DNA of 64,000 nucleotides. Origin: Phoronis australis (Eukaryota; Animalia; Phoronida). Made by a program: the position numbers and the translations under genes. The DNA lies in NCBI GenBank assembly GCA_002633005.1, contig NMRA01000012.1:248001-312000 (forward strand), given 5' to 3'. The notes under the pieces are model-generated. The model searched no databases, had not been told where the DNA came from, and saw nothing but the letters and a program-made list of their open reading frames with translations. Position 1 is the stretch's first letter. The number at the start of each line of letters is the position of its first letter. Below, piece by piece: positions 63,113-64,000 of this stretch.

Positions 63113-64000
63113 CTACACAGTACAAACCAAGCTTAATAAAAAACTAAAATTTTCATAATCTTAGTTTTTCTTGTTAAATTTGCAAAAAATCATAATAGGC
63201 AGAGAATTACAGAAGTAAATGGCTTTTATTTAAATCATGGCTGATTATAGTTGTGTAGATTTTCAGTTTGCATGAAGAATAATACATAAACAAGAGGTAC
63301 TCTTAGTTTCATACTATAGAGAACTCTGCTTTTGCCTGTTTTTAAACTTTGGAGCCATGATTTTTTACCCCATAATAACTATTTAATGTTTACAATGTCA
63401 GTCATCCCAGAACTAGTTGAAGGATATCGTCAACATTACTTTGGGCCAACGTAATGTTTATATCAATTTAAAATCCCGTCATTTCTTTCTTGATTTTCTT
63501 TTTTGTTTGTAAAACTGTGAAAGTGATATGTATTTCACTGACCATATCTGATAAATTTTTTATATTTGTGGTTACCAGACATATGAAGCTTATGGTGTGT
63601 TTTGTCATTTCAAACTATGAACAAATGGTTACCATGAATAACCAGCTGCGATGTTATAGCAATTGTTTGGTTCAGGCAGTCTTTGGTCAGATTATTTCTG
63701 TTCGCATATCTCCAGTTTGTGTAGTGTTTATTCGAACCCCTTGGCTGTCACTGTTCAGTAGTTTGTTTCTCCACTTTGAAAGCCTGCGGCAGCATATTTT
63801 TTCATATTGTTTTATTTGGTGTGTTTCATCTCTTATGCTAGTGAGTACCTTTGTTCTTTCCTCTGTCAGAAAACCCCCTTTTAGGTTTTCTGTGATACTG
63901 TATTCTTCAACTGCATTCAGGTAGAAAACGTGGGAAAAGGAAACAACTTTGGCTGGAATGCTCCACTTATAGCATGGGACTCATTACTTGTTTGTTTGTT

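Overview
AT-rich, intron-rich animal genomic DNA, probably a marine invertebrate; the taxon cannot be fixed from sequence alone. The window has two N-gaps and two single-N joins. It is spanned by a minus-strand DNA ligase I gene (LIG1). I traced 21 phase-compatible coding exons from 63112 down to 5526 (2676 nt, 892 codons), running from a PIP box through the KYDGER active site to the OB fold. The final exon was not found and probably lies left of the window. The 19.6 kb LIG1 intron 28769-48402 hosts a nested plus-strand collagen/C1q-domain gene. Directly upstream of that gene's first visible exon is a Kolobok-type transposon relic whose two arms both carry the start of a THAP ORF. Other introns contain a perfect 64-bp inverted pair of Penelope-type minimal hammerhead ribozymes inside a 2.7 kb TIR element, a 2.4 kb pogo-like element, several MITEs, tRNA-derived SINE heads, a hAT transposase fossil, minisatellites and assembly artefacts. 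All calls come from reading the sequence by eye; no database search was run.
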